Below the pieces are notes generated by a model. The model was given only the letters and a program-made list of their open reading frames with translations, did not search any database and was not told the origin of the DNA. DNA of 64,000 nucleotides, from assembly GCA_043797665.1 (NCBI GenBank), contig JAZDPL010000089.1, forward strand, positions 1 to 64,000, given 5' to 3'. The translations under genes and the position numbers were made by a program. Numbering within the stretch: the first letter of the stretch is position 1; each line of letters starts with the position of its first letter. This stretch comes from Candidatus Omnitrophota bacterium (GTDB lineage Bacteria > Ratteibacteria > UBA8468 > MWAK01). Positions 19,998-29,748 of this stretch are shown in pieces.

Positions 19998-21039
19998 TTG
20001 TCTTTGCCCGGTTAACCCGCAGATAATATTTTTCTTTTTGGGTGGGAACCGGCACGTTGAGGGCGGAAAAAGGAATGGCTACCTCTGCGGTCCAGGCTCC
20101 CTTATTTTTGGTTATCCGGTAGTTAGCAGAATAGGAAGACCAGGGAACAGCCTCTTTTTCGGAAAGAAACTTCCGGGCATAGGCATAACCAACCGGCGAA
20201 AAGGTGAAAGAGTAACAGGGATATCCCGAATCTTCGGTGGATAACAAAATCTCCAGCCGGTCGTCTTTGGTCAATCTGTCCGTTTGTTCATCCGCCGCAT
20301 AGAAACCTAAATATAAAGCCTTCCGGTCAAAGGTCAAGAGCCCGGTGGTCTGGTAAACTACCTGGCCGCCGGTAGCGGAAGAAAAGTTAGCCAGAACCGC
20401 ACCCGTCTTCCAGCAATCGTCGTTGACTAAGCCGTCAATCTTAGGCGGGTTTAAGGTCGGTTTCACCTCCAATATACCGCTTGGTACCGCCCGGATGCTT
20501 TTTTCTGTCTCTGCGGCGCCTAAGGTAAAACTCTTGAAGAGACGGCCCCCACCGACCAAACGGAAATCAACCGTATAGTTACCGGTCTTTGTCTCCGGCT
20601 TGGGAATCATAGTAACTTCAAAATACTTCCTCTGGTCTTTCGGCACCGGCATCTTATCCGGCACGACTACAAAATTAAACGCCGGGCTGTCAGCAAGCAG
20701 GCTTATCTCCGCAATTCCCCGGTCCATATTATTCTGCAAAAAGACCTTAAAGATTGCCTTATCTTTGACCGTAATGTTGGTAAGCTCCGGCTTGACAATC
20801 AGTTTATCTGCCTGCCGGAAGACGTTATCGCAAAGATGCCCGTAAGCCGCCGGACTAAACAAAAGAACAAAACCGACCAATTGAAAAAGAGATTTCCGAA
20901 AAAATCTTATTTTGTCATTCTGAGCGTAGCGAAGAATCTCGTATTTCGTTGAGAGATGAGACCCTTCACTCCGTTCAGGGTGACACCGAATAACTTTTTT
21001 AGAGGTCTGAAAAACAAATCTTGATATTCTGGCTCTCAC
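19909..21039 (-). CDS. Secreted protein with Ig-like and CBM9-like domains
   Basis: GTG start after AGGGGG; signal peptide ending AYG; PKIDGLVNDDCW and WTAEVAIPFSAL are CBM9-like. A 126-bp repeat is inserted in the signal peptide. Confidence 0.7.
   Translation of the reverse strand: MRARISRFVFQTSKKVIRCHPERSEGSHLSTKYEILRYAQNDKIRFFRKSLFQLVGFVLLFSPAAYGHLCDNVFRQADKLIVKPELTNITVKDKAIFKVFLQNNMDRGIAEISLLADSPAFNFVVVPDKMPVPKDQRKYFEVTMIPKPETKTGNYTVDFRLVGGGRLFKSFTLGAAETEKSIRAVPSGILEVKPTLNPPKIDGLVNDDCWKTGAVLANFSSATGGQVVYQTTGLLTFDRKALYLGFYAADEQTDRLTKDDRLEILLSTEDSGYPCYSFTFSPVGYAYARKFLSEKEAVPWSSYSANYRITKNKGAWTAEVAIPFSALNVPVPTQKEKYYLRVNRAKTSGYEEKSFWSADGSGYNSDRWFGQVFFVP
20889..21007. mobile_element. MITE-like element inserted in frame in a signal peptide
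   Basis: Core palindrome 20913-20985, imperfect terminal IRs, TGAAAAA duplicated at 20882 and 21008 (126 bp apart). Confidence 0.75.
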
Positions 21040-21063
21040 ACAATCCCCCTGAACCTTTATGAC

Positions 21064-21498
21064 TTACGCAGCAACTTCCTGTTCCTGGCGGAACCTTCCT
21101 CGCAACAACTCTTTGATCTTGGCTAACAACTCTTTGTTATCCGGAGACTTCATAATATAGGCATCCGCAGCCCAGGACATAAAGTTGTCCCGGTAATAGT
21201 CATAGGCGGTATAGAGAACCACCGGCATCCCCGGACGGAGAGAGGTCAACTTTCCCAGGATATCCATTCCGTCCATCTGGGGCATCTTGATATCCAGAAC
21301 GACTAAATCAAACCGGTTCTCCTTAACCTGTTTAAGAGCCTCCGGACCATTACTGGCAACGTTCACTGCGTAACCCTCAGCCTCCAATTGTTGCTGACAC
21401 GCTAACAGTGTTACCGCTTCATCCTCAACCACCAGAATTTTGTGTTTCAAATCATCCTCCTGTGGGAAATATAATTCTGAACTCGGTCCTTTCTTCAT
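21064..21498 (-). CDS. Single-domain response regulator (receiver)
   Basis: ILVVEDE, DLVVLDIKMPQMDG, YTA, KS. True start probably near 21450. Confidence 0.9.
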   Translation of the reverse strand: MKKGPSSELYFPQEDDLKHKILVVEDEAVTLLACQQQLEAEGYAVNVASNGPEALKQVKENRFDLVVLDIKMPQMDGMDILGKLTSLRPGMPVVLYTAYDYYRDNFMSWAADAYIMKSPDNKELLAKIKELLRGRFRQEQEVAA

Positions 21499-22570
21499 TC
21501 CTGAGTTCTATGGAACCGCCAATCTGTGCCACTAATTTATTCACTAATTGTAACCCTAAAGACGGTGTGGATTTAAAATCCAATCCTTCAGGAAAACCAA
21601 CCCCATTATCCCTGACCACCAGAATAAAACTCCTATCCTCCCGACAAAGATAGAGGTTAATCTCTCCGTCACTTTTCTCAGGAAAAGCATGCTTGAGTGC
21701 ATTGGAAATGAGTTCCTGGGTAATCAGACCGCACGGAATCGCGGTGTCAATACCCAGAAAGATACCTTTCGCCTCCACATTGACCTTAATCCTGGCCGGG
21801 CTAACCTGGCAGGAATCCATCAGTTCCACCGCCAATTCCTTAAGATATTCACCAAAGTCAACCTGAGCATAACTCTTTGACTGGTATAACTTTTCGTGAA
21901 TCAAAGCCATAGCCCTGATTCGATTCCGACTGTCATTAAGAATCGCCAGCGCCTCCTCGGTTTTGGTGTGAAGAGACTGAAGATAGAGCAAGCCCGAAAC
22001 GGTCTGGAGGTTATTCTTAACCCGGTGGTGAATTTCTTTCAAAAGAATCTCTTTCTCTGTCAGGGAATTTTTAACCTCATCTTCCATCCGCCTGCGTTCG
22101 GTTATATCCCGCTTAACTCCCCGATAACCTTTGAAATTCCTTTCAGCATCAAAGATAGGCATCCCGCTGTTTTCAAAAATGACCTCGTGGCCATCTTTGT
22201 GGATATTTTTGCTCTCAAAAAAGGTAAATGTCTCTCGTTTAGCCACAATTTGAGTAAAAATCAGGGAAACCCGTTCTGCTTCCTCCGAAGACATAAGGTC
22301 CGTTGGCGTCTTGCCGATTACTTCCACCGGTGTATATCCCAGAAAGTCGGTTATCCGGGAACTGACATAAATATAACGACCGTTCTCATCCACCTCCCAC
22401 ACCCAGTCGCTGGTCAGCTCTACAATGGTACGAAATCTCTCTTCATTCCCGCGGAGTGTCTCTTCTATACGTTTGCGCCCGGTTGCCAGCATCTTTAAAC
22501 CGCTGACCTGCTGCCGCAAGAACGTCAACTCCGCAGTCAACTCTTCCTTTGTCTTTTCTTTCTCTTTCAT
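21452..22570 (-). CDS. PAS-domain sensor histidine kinase (HisKA_2 type)
   Basis: PAS (SDWVWEVD...RDITER), EIHHRVKNNLQ, ELISNALKHAF, DNGVG, SLGL. Confidence 0.92.
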   Translation of the reverse strand: MKEKEKTKEELTAELTFLRQQVSGLKMLATGRKRIEETLRGNEERFRTIVELTSDWVWEVDENGRYIYVSSRITDFLGYTPVEVIGKTPTDLMSSEEAERVSLIFTQIVAKRETFTFFESKNIHKDGHEVIFENSGMPIFDAERNFKGYRGVKRDITERRRMEDEVKNSLTEKEILLKEIHHRVKNNLQTVSGLLYLQSLHTKTEEALAILNDSRNRIRAMALIHEKLYQSKSYAQVDFGEYLKELAVELMDSCQVSPARIKVNVEAKGIFLGIDTAIPCGLITQELISNALKHAFPEKSDGEINLYLCREDRSFILVVRDNGVGFPEGLDFKSTPSLGLQLVNKLVAQIGGSIELRNEERTEFRIIFPTGG

Positions 22571-22720
22571 CCGTTTTTATTTAAAAGTAAAGTTTTATAC
22601 TCGTATATTTTACCAAAAAATCCAGAAAACCGCAATTAAGGGGCTGTCGCATAAAGTTGCGTCGGTTAGCGAGGATAGAGTATAATTTTAACTTAAGGGG
22701 TTGCCCTTAACCTAACGCCT

Positions 22721-24775
22721 ATGGATTTTCTACTGGAAGTGGGGGTGGAAGACTTACCGGCCGGGTCCATCGGTTCGCTGCGGGAAGAACTATCCCTCAG
22801 GTTCAGCCGGTTTCTAACTGAATTCAGGATAACTGCGGAAAAAATAGAGACCTTTTCCACCGTTCGCCGGTTAGTGGTAACCGCAAAGGGACTGCCGGAA
22901 AAACAGCCGGATAAGTTAACCGAGGTGGCAGGGCCACCAGCAGTTGCGGTCTTTCAACCCGACGGAGGACTTACTTCCACCGGAGAAGGCTACTGCCGGG
23001 CGCACCGGATAGAACCGAAAGAGTTAAAGGTAAAAGAAGAGGGCAAGAAAAAAACCGTCTACTATCTAAAGAAAGAAGAAGGCAAATCTATCCGGGAATG
23101 TTTGCGCCGGATAATTCCTCTCCTTTTAAATTCCCTTCCTTTTTCCATCACGATGCGCTGGGGAGAAGGAAACCTTCCTTTTATCCGGCCGATAACCTCG
23201 CTCTTAGCTTTGTTAGACGATGCTCTCCTGCCCGTAGAATTTGCCGGGATTAAAGCCAAGCCCTTTACTTATGGCCACCCCACCCTGGCACCCAAAAAAG
23301 TTAGGATTGATTCCGTATCCGGCTACTTCCAGGCTCTCTCAAAAAACTATGTTCTCCTGGATTCGCACGTCCGCAGACAAAAACTGTTAGACGAAATAAC
23401 CCCGTTATTACCGGCGGGTGCGGATTTCTCAGAAGAGAAATTAGCGGAAATATCTCAAGCCTTAGAGTATCCGCAAAGCGCTTTGAGCCGATTGGACATA
23501 GCCGGACTCCCTTATCCTCCGGAAGTGGTGGCGCTAATCATTGAAAACCTGAAGTGTCTGCCGCTCTTCGACCCGGACAAAAGGCTCCTGCCGGAATTTG
23601 TCATCATCGCTGAGGGCCAGGTGACAAGGGAGGTTAAAGAAGGTTTTCACTGGGTAATAGAAAGCCGTCTAGAGGACGCAAAATTCTTCTGGCTGGAAGA
23701 TACCCGGATTACAATCCCGGAACGTCTGAAAACCCTTAACAAGGTCATCTTCCAGGCAGAGTTAGGTTCCCTGGCAGATTACAGTAATAAACTGACCCTG
23801 GTCGCAGACCAATTAGGCAAAAGGCTAAACTTAAATGAGGCGGAAATAGCGGATTTGACCTCAGCCAGCCAGGCAGCCAAGATTGACTTAACCACCAGTA
23901 TGGTCCGGGAATTTCCCGAAACCGGCGGAATTATTGGTGCCAATCTTCTACAACGGAGCGGTTATTCGGAAACAATAACCTCGGCGGTCAGAGAATACCT
24001 CTTACCCCGGTTCTCCGGGGACCGGATACCGGAAACCATCCTGGGGCAAATACTCTCTTTTTCCGACAAAGTCTTACATCTGGCCGGATTATTTGCAGTC
24101 GGCATTCAACCTTCCGGTTCGGCTGACCCTTATGGTTTGCGCCGGTTAGCGCAGACCGCGATAGAAGTAGCCTGGAAGGCAAACTTCCGTCTCTCCTTAG
24201 GTGAAATAACCTCCATGGCTCTCAGCGCCTGGGAAAAAGAGGATAGCGGTATTAAGAAATTGTTCTCTGCTTTCCTATACCAACGGATGGAGAACACTCT
24301 GGAAAGTCACGGATTCAGACCGGACATCGTTTCCGCAGGTTTAGCCGGCGAAGGCGATAATCTGACCGCCTATCCGGCCCGGGTGTCTGCCCTGGCTAAA
24401 TTTGCCAACAAGACAACCGGCACTGCTTCTATCACAACTTTTAGCCGGGTAACCAATATCGTCATTCAGGCAAAAACAAAAAATATCTCTTACGGAACGT
24501 TTCAGACAAACCTCCTTACGGAAGAAGCGGAAAAAGAACTCTTCACCGCGTGGGATTCCCGGAAGGCTGAATTAGAAAAGATTTTAGATAACGAAGACTA
24601 CGCAGCGGCTCTGGACAGACTTGGCGAGTTGGAGCCGTTTATAAACCGTTTCTTTGACAAGGTCCTGGTGATGGCACCGGACGAAACCCTGCGCAATAAC
24701 CGCTTAAGCCTGTTAGCGCAGATAGACCAGGCTCTGCGCCGCATCGGCAACCTGAACCGCATCCAGCTCGGGTAG
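22721..24775 (+). CDS. glyS: Glycine--tRNA ligase beta subunit
   Basis: FLLEVGVEDLP, MRWG...FIRP, RLEDAKFF, SADPYGLRR, FFDKVLVM...NRL. glyQ is not adjacent. Confidence 0.92.
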   Translation: MDFLLEVGVEDLPAGSIGSLREELSLRFSRFLTEFRITAEKIETFSTVRRLVVTAKGLPEKQPDKLTEVAGPPAVAVFQPDGGLTSTGEGYCRAHRIEPKELKVKEEGKKKTVYYLKKEEGKSIRECLRRIIPLLLNSLPFSITMRWGEGNLPFIRPITSLLALLDDALLPVEFAGIKAKPFTYGHPTLAPKKVRIDSVSGYFQALSKNYVLLDSHVRRQKLLDEITPLLPAGADFSEEKLAEISQALEYPQSALSRLDIAGLPYPPEVVALIIENLKCLPLFDPDKRLLPEFVIIAEGQVTREVKEGFHWVIESRLEDAKFFWLEDTRITIPERLKTLNKVIFQAELGSLADYSNKLTLVADQLGKRLNLNEAEIADLTSASQAAKIDLTTSMVREFPETGGIIGANLLQRSGYSETITSAVREYLLPRFSGDRIPETILGQILSFSDKVLHLAGLFAVGIQPSGSADPYGLRRLAQTAIEVAWKANFRLSLGEITSMALSAWEKEDSGIKKLFSAFLYQRMENTLESHGFRPDIVSAGLAGEGDNLTAYPARVSALAKFANKTTGTASITTFSRVTNIVIQAKTKNISYGTFQTNLLTEEAEKELFTAWDSRKAELEKILDNEDYAAALDRLGELEPFINRFFDKVLVMAPDETLRNNRLSLLAQIDQALRRIGNLNRIQLG

Positions 24776-24779
24776 GAAA

Positions 24780-25820
24780 ATGAGCCTAAAAAAGATTGAA
24801 AAAAGTAAAGGCCTTTTTGATAAAATCTCCGGTTTAATTGAACATGCAAGAAGAAAGGTTGCTACCACAATTAACGAAGAGATGGTTATACTTTATTGGA
24901 ACATTGGGAAAACTGTTAAAGAAGAAATAATAAAATCGGATAGAGCAGAATATGGAAAACAAACAATCCAATCACTGAGTGGAGAATTAATACAACGATA
25001 TGGAAAAGGCTTTTCTGAACAAAATTTGTGGCATATGGTTAAATTCTCTGAGACCTATCCGATACTCTCCGCAGTGCGGAGAGAATTCACAGGGTTATCT
25101 TGGACACACATCAAAACAATTGTTTATATTGACGATGAATTAAAGCGTCAATTTTATGTTATCCTATGCCAGAAAGAACACTGGAGCACCCGTACACTTC
25201 AGGGAAGAATAAACAGTATGCTTTATGAGAGAACTGCATTATCAAAACTCCCGGAGAAGACCATAGAAAATCAATTGAGAGAATTGAAAGAAAAAGACAA
25301 GATGACTCCGGAATTAGTTTTCAGAGACCCTTATGTATTGGATTTTTTGGAACTTAGCGATACCTATAGCGAAAAAGATTTAGAAAGAGCAATATTGAAC
25401 GCCTTAGAAAAATTTATCCTTGAATTAGGAAAAGATTTTTATTTTGTCACAAGACAGAAAAGAATTACCCTTGATAATATAGACTATTACATTGATTTGC
25501 TATTCTATCATAGAAAGTTGAGATGTTTTGTAGTTATAGAGTTAAAACTTGATAAATTTAGGGCAGAATATAAAGGTCAGATGGAACTCTATTTGAGATA
25601 TATAGAAAAATATGAAACGGGTGAAGATGAACATCCGCCGGTTGGAGTTATCCTTTGTACTGAAAAAGGTAAAGAGCAGATTGAATTATTGTTTTTACCA
25701 GAAGATAAAATAAAAGTTGCTGAATATTTAACCAAATTACCACCAAAAGAACTGTTTGTTGAAAAATTGCATAAAGCAATCCTAACAGCACAGATAAAAT
25801 TAGATGACGGCAAAAGGTAA
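24780..25820 (+). CDS. YhcG/DUF1016 PDDEXK nuclease-domain protein
   Basis: LYWNIG, LSWTH, FRDPYVLDFL, FILELG, IDLLFYH...IELK, GQM. Confidence 0.92.
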   Translation: MSLKKIEKSKGLFDKISGLIEHARRKVATTINEEMVILYWNIGKTVKEEIIKSDRAEYGKQTIQSLSGELIQRYGKGFSEQNLWHMVKFSETYPILSAVRREFTGLSWTHIKTIVYIDDELKRQFYVILCQKEHWSTRTLQGRINSMLYERTALSKLPEKTIENQLRELKEKDKMTPELVFRDPYVLDFLELSDTYSEKDLERAILNALEKFILELGKDFYFVTRQKRITLDNIDYYIDLLFYHRKLRCFVVIELKLDKFRAEYKGQMELYLRYIEKYETGEDEHPPVGVILCTEKGKEQIELLFLPEDKIKVAEYLTKLPPKELFVEKLHKAILTAQIKLDDGKR

Positions 25821-25857
25821 TATAAAATGCTAAAATTAAAATTTACTCCCTAAAAAC

Positions 25858-25941
25858 ATGAAAACACTTTGGACTAAAGAACAGGAAATCGACTTTTTCA
25901 TAAATTCAAGAAAAATCGCCAGCCGATGTTGCCTTATGTAA
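25858..25941 (+). pseudogene. Possible 5' remnant of a deleted gene
   Basis: Short ORF MKTLWTKEQEIDFFINSRKIA... that stops abruptly. Resembles, from memory only, N-termini of RM-associated proteins. Confidence 0.3.
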
Positions 25942-25953
25942 GAATAGATAAAT

Positions 25954-26145
25954 ATGAAAAACAAGAATTTTGAAGTTAAAATTTATTACACCGGTCTTTG
26001 CACACACCAAGTAAAAGCAAAAACTAAAGATGAGGCTATCAACAAAGCCAGGAAAATTCCAATTAACAAAAACGAAATATTCAGTAACCTGGAAAATTGG
26101 AAAGAAGCTGATAATGCAGAAGAGTTAAAGAAGAACGAGGAGTGA
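25954..26145 (+). CDS. Small DpnD/PcfM-like protein
   Basis: 63 aa, FEVKI...VKAKTKDEAINKAR pattern; GTGA overlap with the MTase. Confidence 0.55.
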   Translation: MKNKNFEVKIYYTGLCTHQVKAKTKDEAINKARKIPINKNEIFSNLENWKEADNAEELKKNEE

Positions 26146-28145
26146 GCGAAAAAATGAATTCCAAAGTTTTCTATAAACCCTTAGAAGAAAAACTCAGAAC
26201 CGATGAAATTCTTGATGCAGTCTTCAAAGATTCTTCAACAAAACAGGGGCTAAAAGAATTCCCTCAGGGTATCTTGAACAAAATCAACGCTTTTGAAAAA
26301 GAGCCTGGCAGGTATTACATTCGCTGTCTAAAAAGAGATAAGGATATTTTTATCTACGACCGAAATAAGAAAATTGGCAAGCCCGAAGAAATTATCCGCC
26401 AACTCTGGCTAATAAAACTGACCCAGGAATATAAGTATCCTTTGGATAGAATTGAAGTCGAAAAGTCAGTCCAATTTGGCCGAGAAGTTAGAGAAAAATC
26501 AGCCGATATTGTTGTGTACAAGGAAGACAAAATTACCCCATACATAATCTTTGAGGTCAAACAGCCAGACGCTAAAAAAGCAGAAGAACAGTTGAAATCT
26601 TATTTAAGCGCTGAAGGCGCAGAAGGCGGTGTCTGGTCTAACGGCATTTCAAAATTCGTTCTCTACCGGCCGTATCCAAAGGAATACATAACCACCCTTT
26701 CCAACATTCCCAATTTTAATCAAACATGGGATGACCTTTTTGAAAAAAAGAGAACCTATGATGAATTGGAAAGTAAGTTTGACCTATCTTTTATTATTGA
26801 AAGACTTGAAGAGATGGTTTTAGCACAATCAGGTGTAAATGTATTTGAAGAAGTCTTTAAATTAATCTATGCCAAGCTTTATGATGAGGACCAGGCAAAG
26901 AACAAAAGGCCTAAAAAAGAGGTATTTTTTAGACAATACAAAGAACCAAAAAAGACTTATGCAGTCGTTAACGAAGAACTTTTCAAAGGCGCTCTCAAGG
27001 AATGGCCAGATATTTTCAACCCTTCAGCCAAAATTGATTTGACTCCGGAGCAATTACAAATTTGTGTCCCTTTTTTAGAAGATAAGAAATTCTTCGGTTC
27101 GGGCAGAGAGGAATTAGATATTATAGACCGCGCCTTTGAGCATTTAATCGCGGAAGTTTCTAAGGGACAAAAAGGTCAGTACTTTACACCCCGCAATGTA
27201 ATTAAAATGTGCGTTAAGATGCTCAATCCTAAAGAACATGAACACATCATTGATCCGGCTTGTGGTTCCGGCGGATTTTTGCTCCATACAATGTATTGGA
27301 TATGGGATGAACATCTAAAGTCCGCTTCTTGGGAGGCAAAACAGAGATATGCTAATCGTTATTTGTATGGTATTGATTTTGACGATAATATGCGCCGGAT
27401 TTCTCAGGCATTGATGCTTATTGCCGGAGATGGAAGACATAATATCTTTAAACGTAATTCCTTGGATGCGCGTGATTGGATTGGTGAACAGGCAGAGGAA
27501 GCAAGAACAGCATTAAAATCATTATTGTTTAAACAAGATGAGGATAACCGTAAAACTTACCGCTATCTTAAATTCGATATTTTAATGACCAATCCACCTT
27601 TTGCCGGAGAAATCACCGACTCCGGGTTGTTGCGTCAATATGAATTTGCCAAAAAGAACGGTAAACTTAAGCAAAAGGTGGAAAGACACTTGCTTTTTAT
27701 AGAGCGTTCCTTAGATGCACTCCGTCCAGGCGGCAGAATGGCTATTGTTTTGCCACAAGGAGTTTTCAATAATACCAACATGGAGTGGCTAAGAGAGTGG
27801 TTCTTTGAAAAAGCGCGTATATTAGCTGTTGTTGGTTTAGAAGGCAACACTTTTAAACTTCCAACGCCTGCCAAAGGCACAGGTACAAAAACGACCGTCT
27901 TATTTTTACAAAAATGGGAAGAGAACCAACAATCCTTAGCAGATTATCCTATCTTTATGGCGGTTTCTAAAAAATCAGGTAAAGATAACTCAGGCGAGTA
28001 TATCTTTATAAATGACGCAGGACAAAGAGTTACATCTAAAAACGGTATTTTTGAAGCGCAAGAAAATCTGAGATTAGATGATGATTTAAATGAGATTGCG
28101 GAAGAGTTTGTAAAATTTGCAAAGAAAGAAAAGTTTGTTTTTTAG
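26142..28145 (+). CDS. Fused HsdR_N-type nuclease plus N6-adenine methyltransferase (type I-like/IIB-IIG RM subunit)
   Basis: KPEEIIRQ...ADIVV...FEVK (PD-ExK), GQYFTPR, DPACGSGG, NPPF. Confidence 0.92.
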   Translation: MSEKMNSKVFYKPLEEKLRTDEILDAVFKDSSTKQGLKEFPQGILNKINAFEKEPGRYYIRCLKRDKDIFIYDRNKKIGKPEEIIRQLWLIKLTQEYKYPLDRIEVEKSVQFGREVREKSADIVVYKEDKITPYIIFEVKQPDAKKAEEQLKSYLSAEGAEGGVWSNGISKFVLYRPYPKEYITTLSNIPNFNQTWDDLFEKKRTYDELESKFDLSFIIERLEEMVLAQSGVNVFEEVFKLIYAKLYDEDQAKNKRPKKEVFFRQYKEPKKTYAVVNEELFKGALKEWPDIFNPSAKIDLTPEQLQICVPFLEDKKFFGSGREELDIIDRAFEHLIAEVSKGQKGQYFTPRNVIKMCVKMLNPKEHEHIIDPACGSGGFLLHTMYWIWDEHLKSASWEAKQRYANRYLYGIDFDDNMRRISQALMLIAGDGRHNIFKRNSLDARDWIGEQAEEARTALKSLLFKQDEDNRKTYRYLKFDILMTNPPFAGEITDSGLLRQYEFAKKNGKLKQKVERHLLFIERSLDALRPGGRMAIVLPQGVFNNTNMEWLREWFFEKARILAVVGLEGNTFKLPTPAKGTGTKTTVLFLQKWEENQQSLADYPIFMAVSKKSGKDNSGEYIFINDAGQRVTSKNGIFEAQENLRLDDDLNEIAEEFVKFAKKEKFVF

Positions 28146-28153
28146 AAATAAAT

Positions 28154-28384
28154 ATGACAAGTTTTGGTATTTTTATTTCTGCAATAGGTTTATTTTGCGC
28201 TTTAACGGCAACTGTTTTGCTTTACTTTGGTTCACAGGGGGTCCCGTGGAAAAATCAAACTTGGGACGGAAATAGTAAAAATGAAAAAAAGCATTGTGAA
28301 TCAAGAAAGAATATGTCCAAAACGGGATTTATTCTCCTAGGAATTGGATTCTTGTTACAACTTATAGGTTTGTTTTTTGACTAA
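28154..28384 (+). CDS. Small two-helix membrane protein
   Basis: 76 aa with two hydrophobic segments; tightly packed between the M and S genes. Confidence 0.65.
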   Translation: MTSFGIFISAIGLFCALTATVLLYFGSQGVPWKNQTWDGNSKNEKKHCESRKNMSKTGFILLGIGFLLQLIGLFFD

Positions 28385-28389
28385 ATTTT

Positions 28390-29748
28390 ATGACCTGCTC
28401 AATTATTCAAAAATCCCAGCTTGAAGGCGCACATCGGTTAGATGCAGAATATTTTCAACCAAAATATCTAAAAATAGATCAGGAAATCCGCAATTCGAAT
28501 TATAAAACATGGGAAGAAATTGAGGGACGATTCATTACAGGGCCTTTCGGTTCAGAATTTAATGTTGATAATTATGTTTTAGATGGTAAGTTCAGATATG
28601 TACGGGGAAAAGATGTCAAAGAATTCTTTTTACTTGATGATGACAATGTCTACATTCCACAAAAAGATTTTGATAGATTACAAAAATGTTCTTTAGTAAA
28701 AGGTGATATTTTAATATCGGTTGTCGGAACACTTGGGAATGCAGTTGTTGTTGATAATTCTGTCCTCCCGGCCATATTTAGTTGTAAAAGCACGGTTTTT
28801 CGTAGCAAATCTATCGACCCTTACTATCTTATAGCCTACTTAAATTCCCACTACGGAAGAAATTTATTGATTAGAAATGTGAGAGGTGCGGTTCAGACTG
28901 GACTTAATATCGGCGACCTTAAATTTCTACCTATCATTATTCCATCTATAAACAAACAAAAAGCCATAGCCTCAATTGTTGTAGCGGCAAAAAAGATAAG
29001 CGATGATTCAAAATTTCTCTATTCCCAAGCCGAAGATTTACTTTTAGAGGAATTAGGACTTAAAGATTTTAAGCCAGAAGAAGATTTATCCTGTGTAGTA
29101 AATCTTTCCGATGCTAAATCCGTTCACCGTATGGATGCCGAATTTTTTCAGCCGAAGTACGAAAGAATAATTCAGAAAATCAATAAACACAAGGTAACAT
29201 TACTCGGTGATTTAGCTATTATGAAAAAAGGGATTGAACCAGGAAGTGACGAATATCTGAATGAAGGCAAGTTATTTATTCGTGTTAGTAGTATTTCAAT
29301 GCAAGGTATAATTGATAGAGATCAAAAATACTTAAGCAACGAATTATATCAAACATTTAGAACCAATTTTGAGCCAAAAGTAGGAGAAATTTTACTTACC
29401 AAAGATGCCACTCCAGGTATTGCTTACGTCATAAAAGAATCTGTTGAAGGAATTATTTCAAGCGGTATTATGCGTTTGAAACTTAAAGAAGATATTGGCA
29501 CAGAATACTTGGCTCTTTGTATTAATTCTATTGTGGGCAGAATGCAAATGGAACGAGATGCAGGAGGCTCAATTATTATCCACTGGAAGCCAGAACAAAT
29601 CAAAAACCTGCAAATTCCTATCCTACCGAAATTTACTCAACAAAAAATCGCAGATTTAGTTCGTAAATCCCACGAAGCCCGCAAAAAAGCAAAAGAACTA
29701 TTAGACGAAGCCAAGCAAAAAGTAGAAAGGATTATTTCTGGAGAATAA
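28390..29748 (+). CDS. RM specificity subunit (HsdS-like, two TRDs)
   Basis: Duplicated HR(L/M)DAE(Y/F)FQPKY; GPFGS, GAVQ...L, QIPILP...QQKIA. Confidence 0.9.
   Translation: MTCSIIQKSQLEGAHRLDAEYFQPKYLKIDQEIRNSNYKTWEEIEGRFITGPFGSEFNVDNYVLDGKFRYVRGKDVKEFFLLDDDNVYIPQKDFDRLQKCSLVKGDILISVVGTLGNAVVVDNSVLPAIFSCKSTVFRSKSIDPYYLIAYLNSHYGRNLLIRNVRGAVQTGLNIGDLKFLPIIIPSINKQKAIASIVVAAKKISDDSKFLYSQAEDLLLEELGLKDFKPEEDLSCVVNLSDAKSVHRMDAEFFQPKYERIIQKINKHKVTLLGDLAIMKKGIEPGSDEYLNEGKLFIRVSSISMQGIIDRDQKYLSNELYQTFRTNFEPKVGEILLTKDATPGIAYVIKESVEGIISSGIMRLKLKEDIGTEYLALCINSIVGRMQMERDAGGSIIIHWKPEQIKNLQIPILPKFTQQKIADLVRKSHEARKKAKELLDEAKQKVERIISGE

Noticed and set aside
22640..22660. GGGCTGTCGCATAAAG as an IS terminal repeat or boundary-motif copy
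   Set aside because: No partner inverted repeat or transposase, and only a short match to the 56-63 kb motif.
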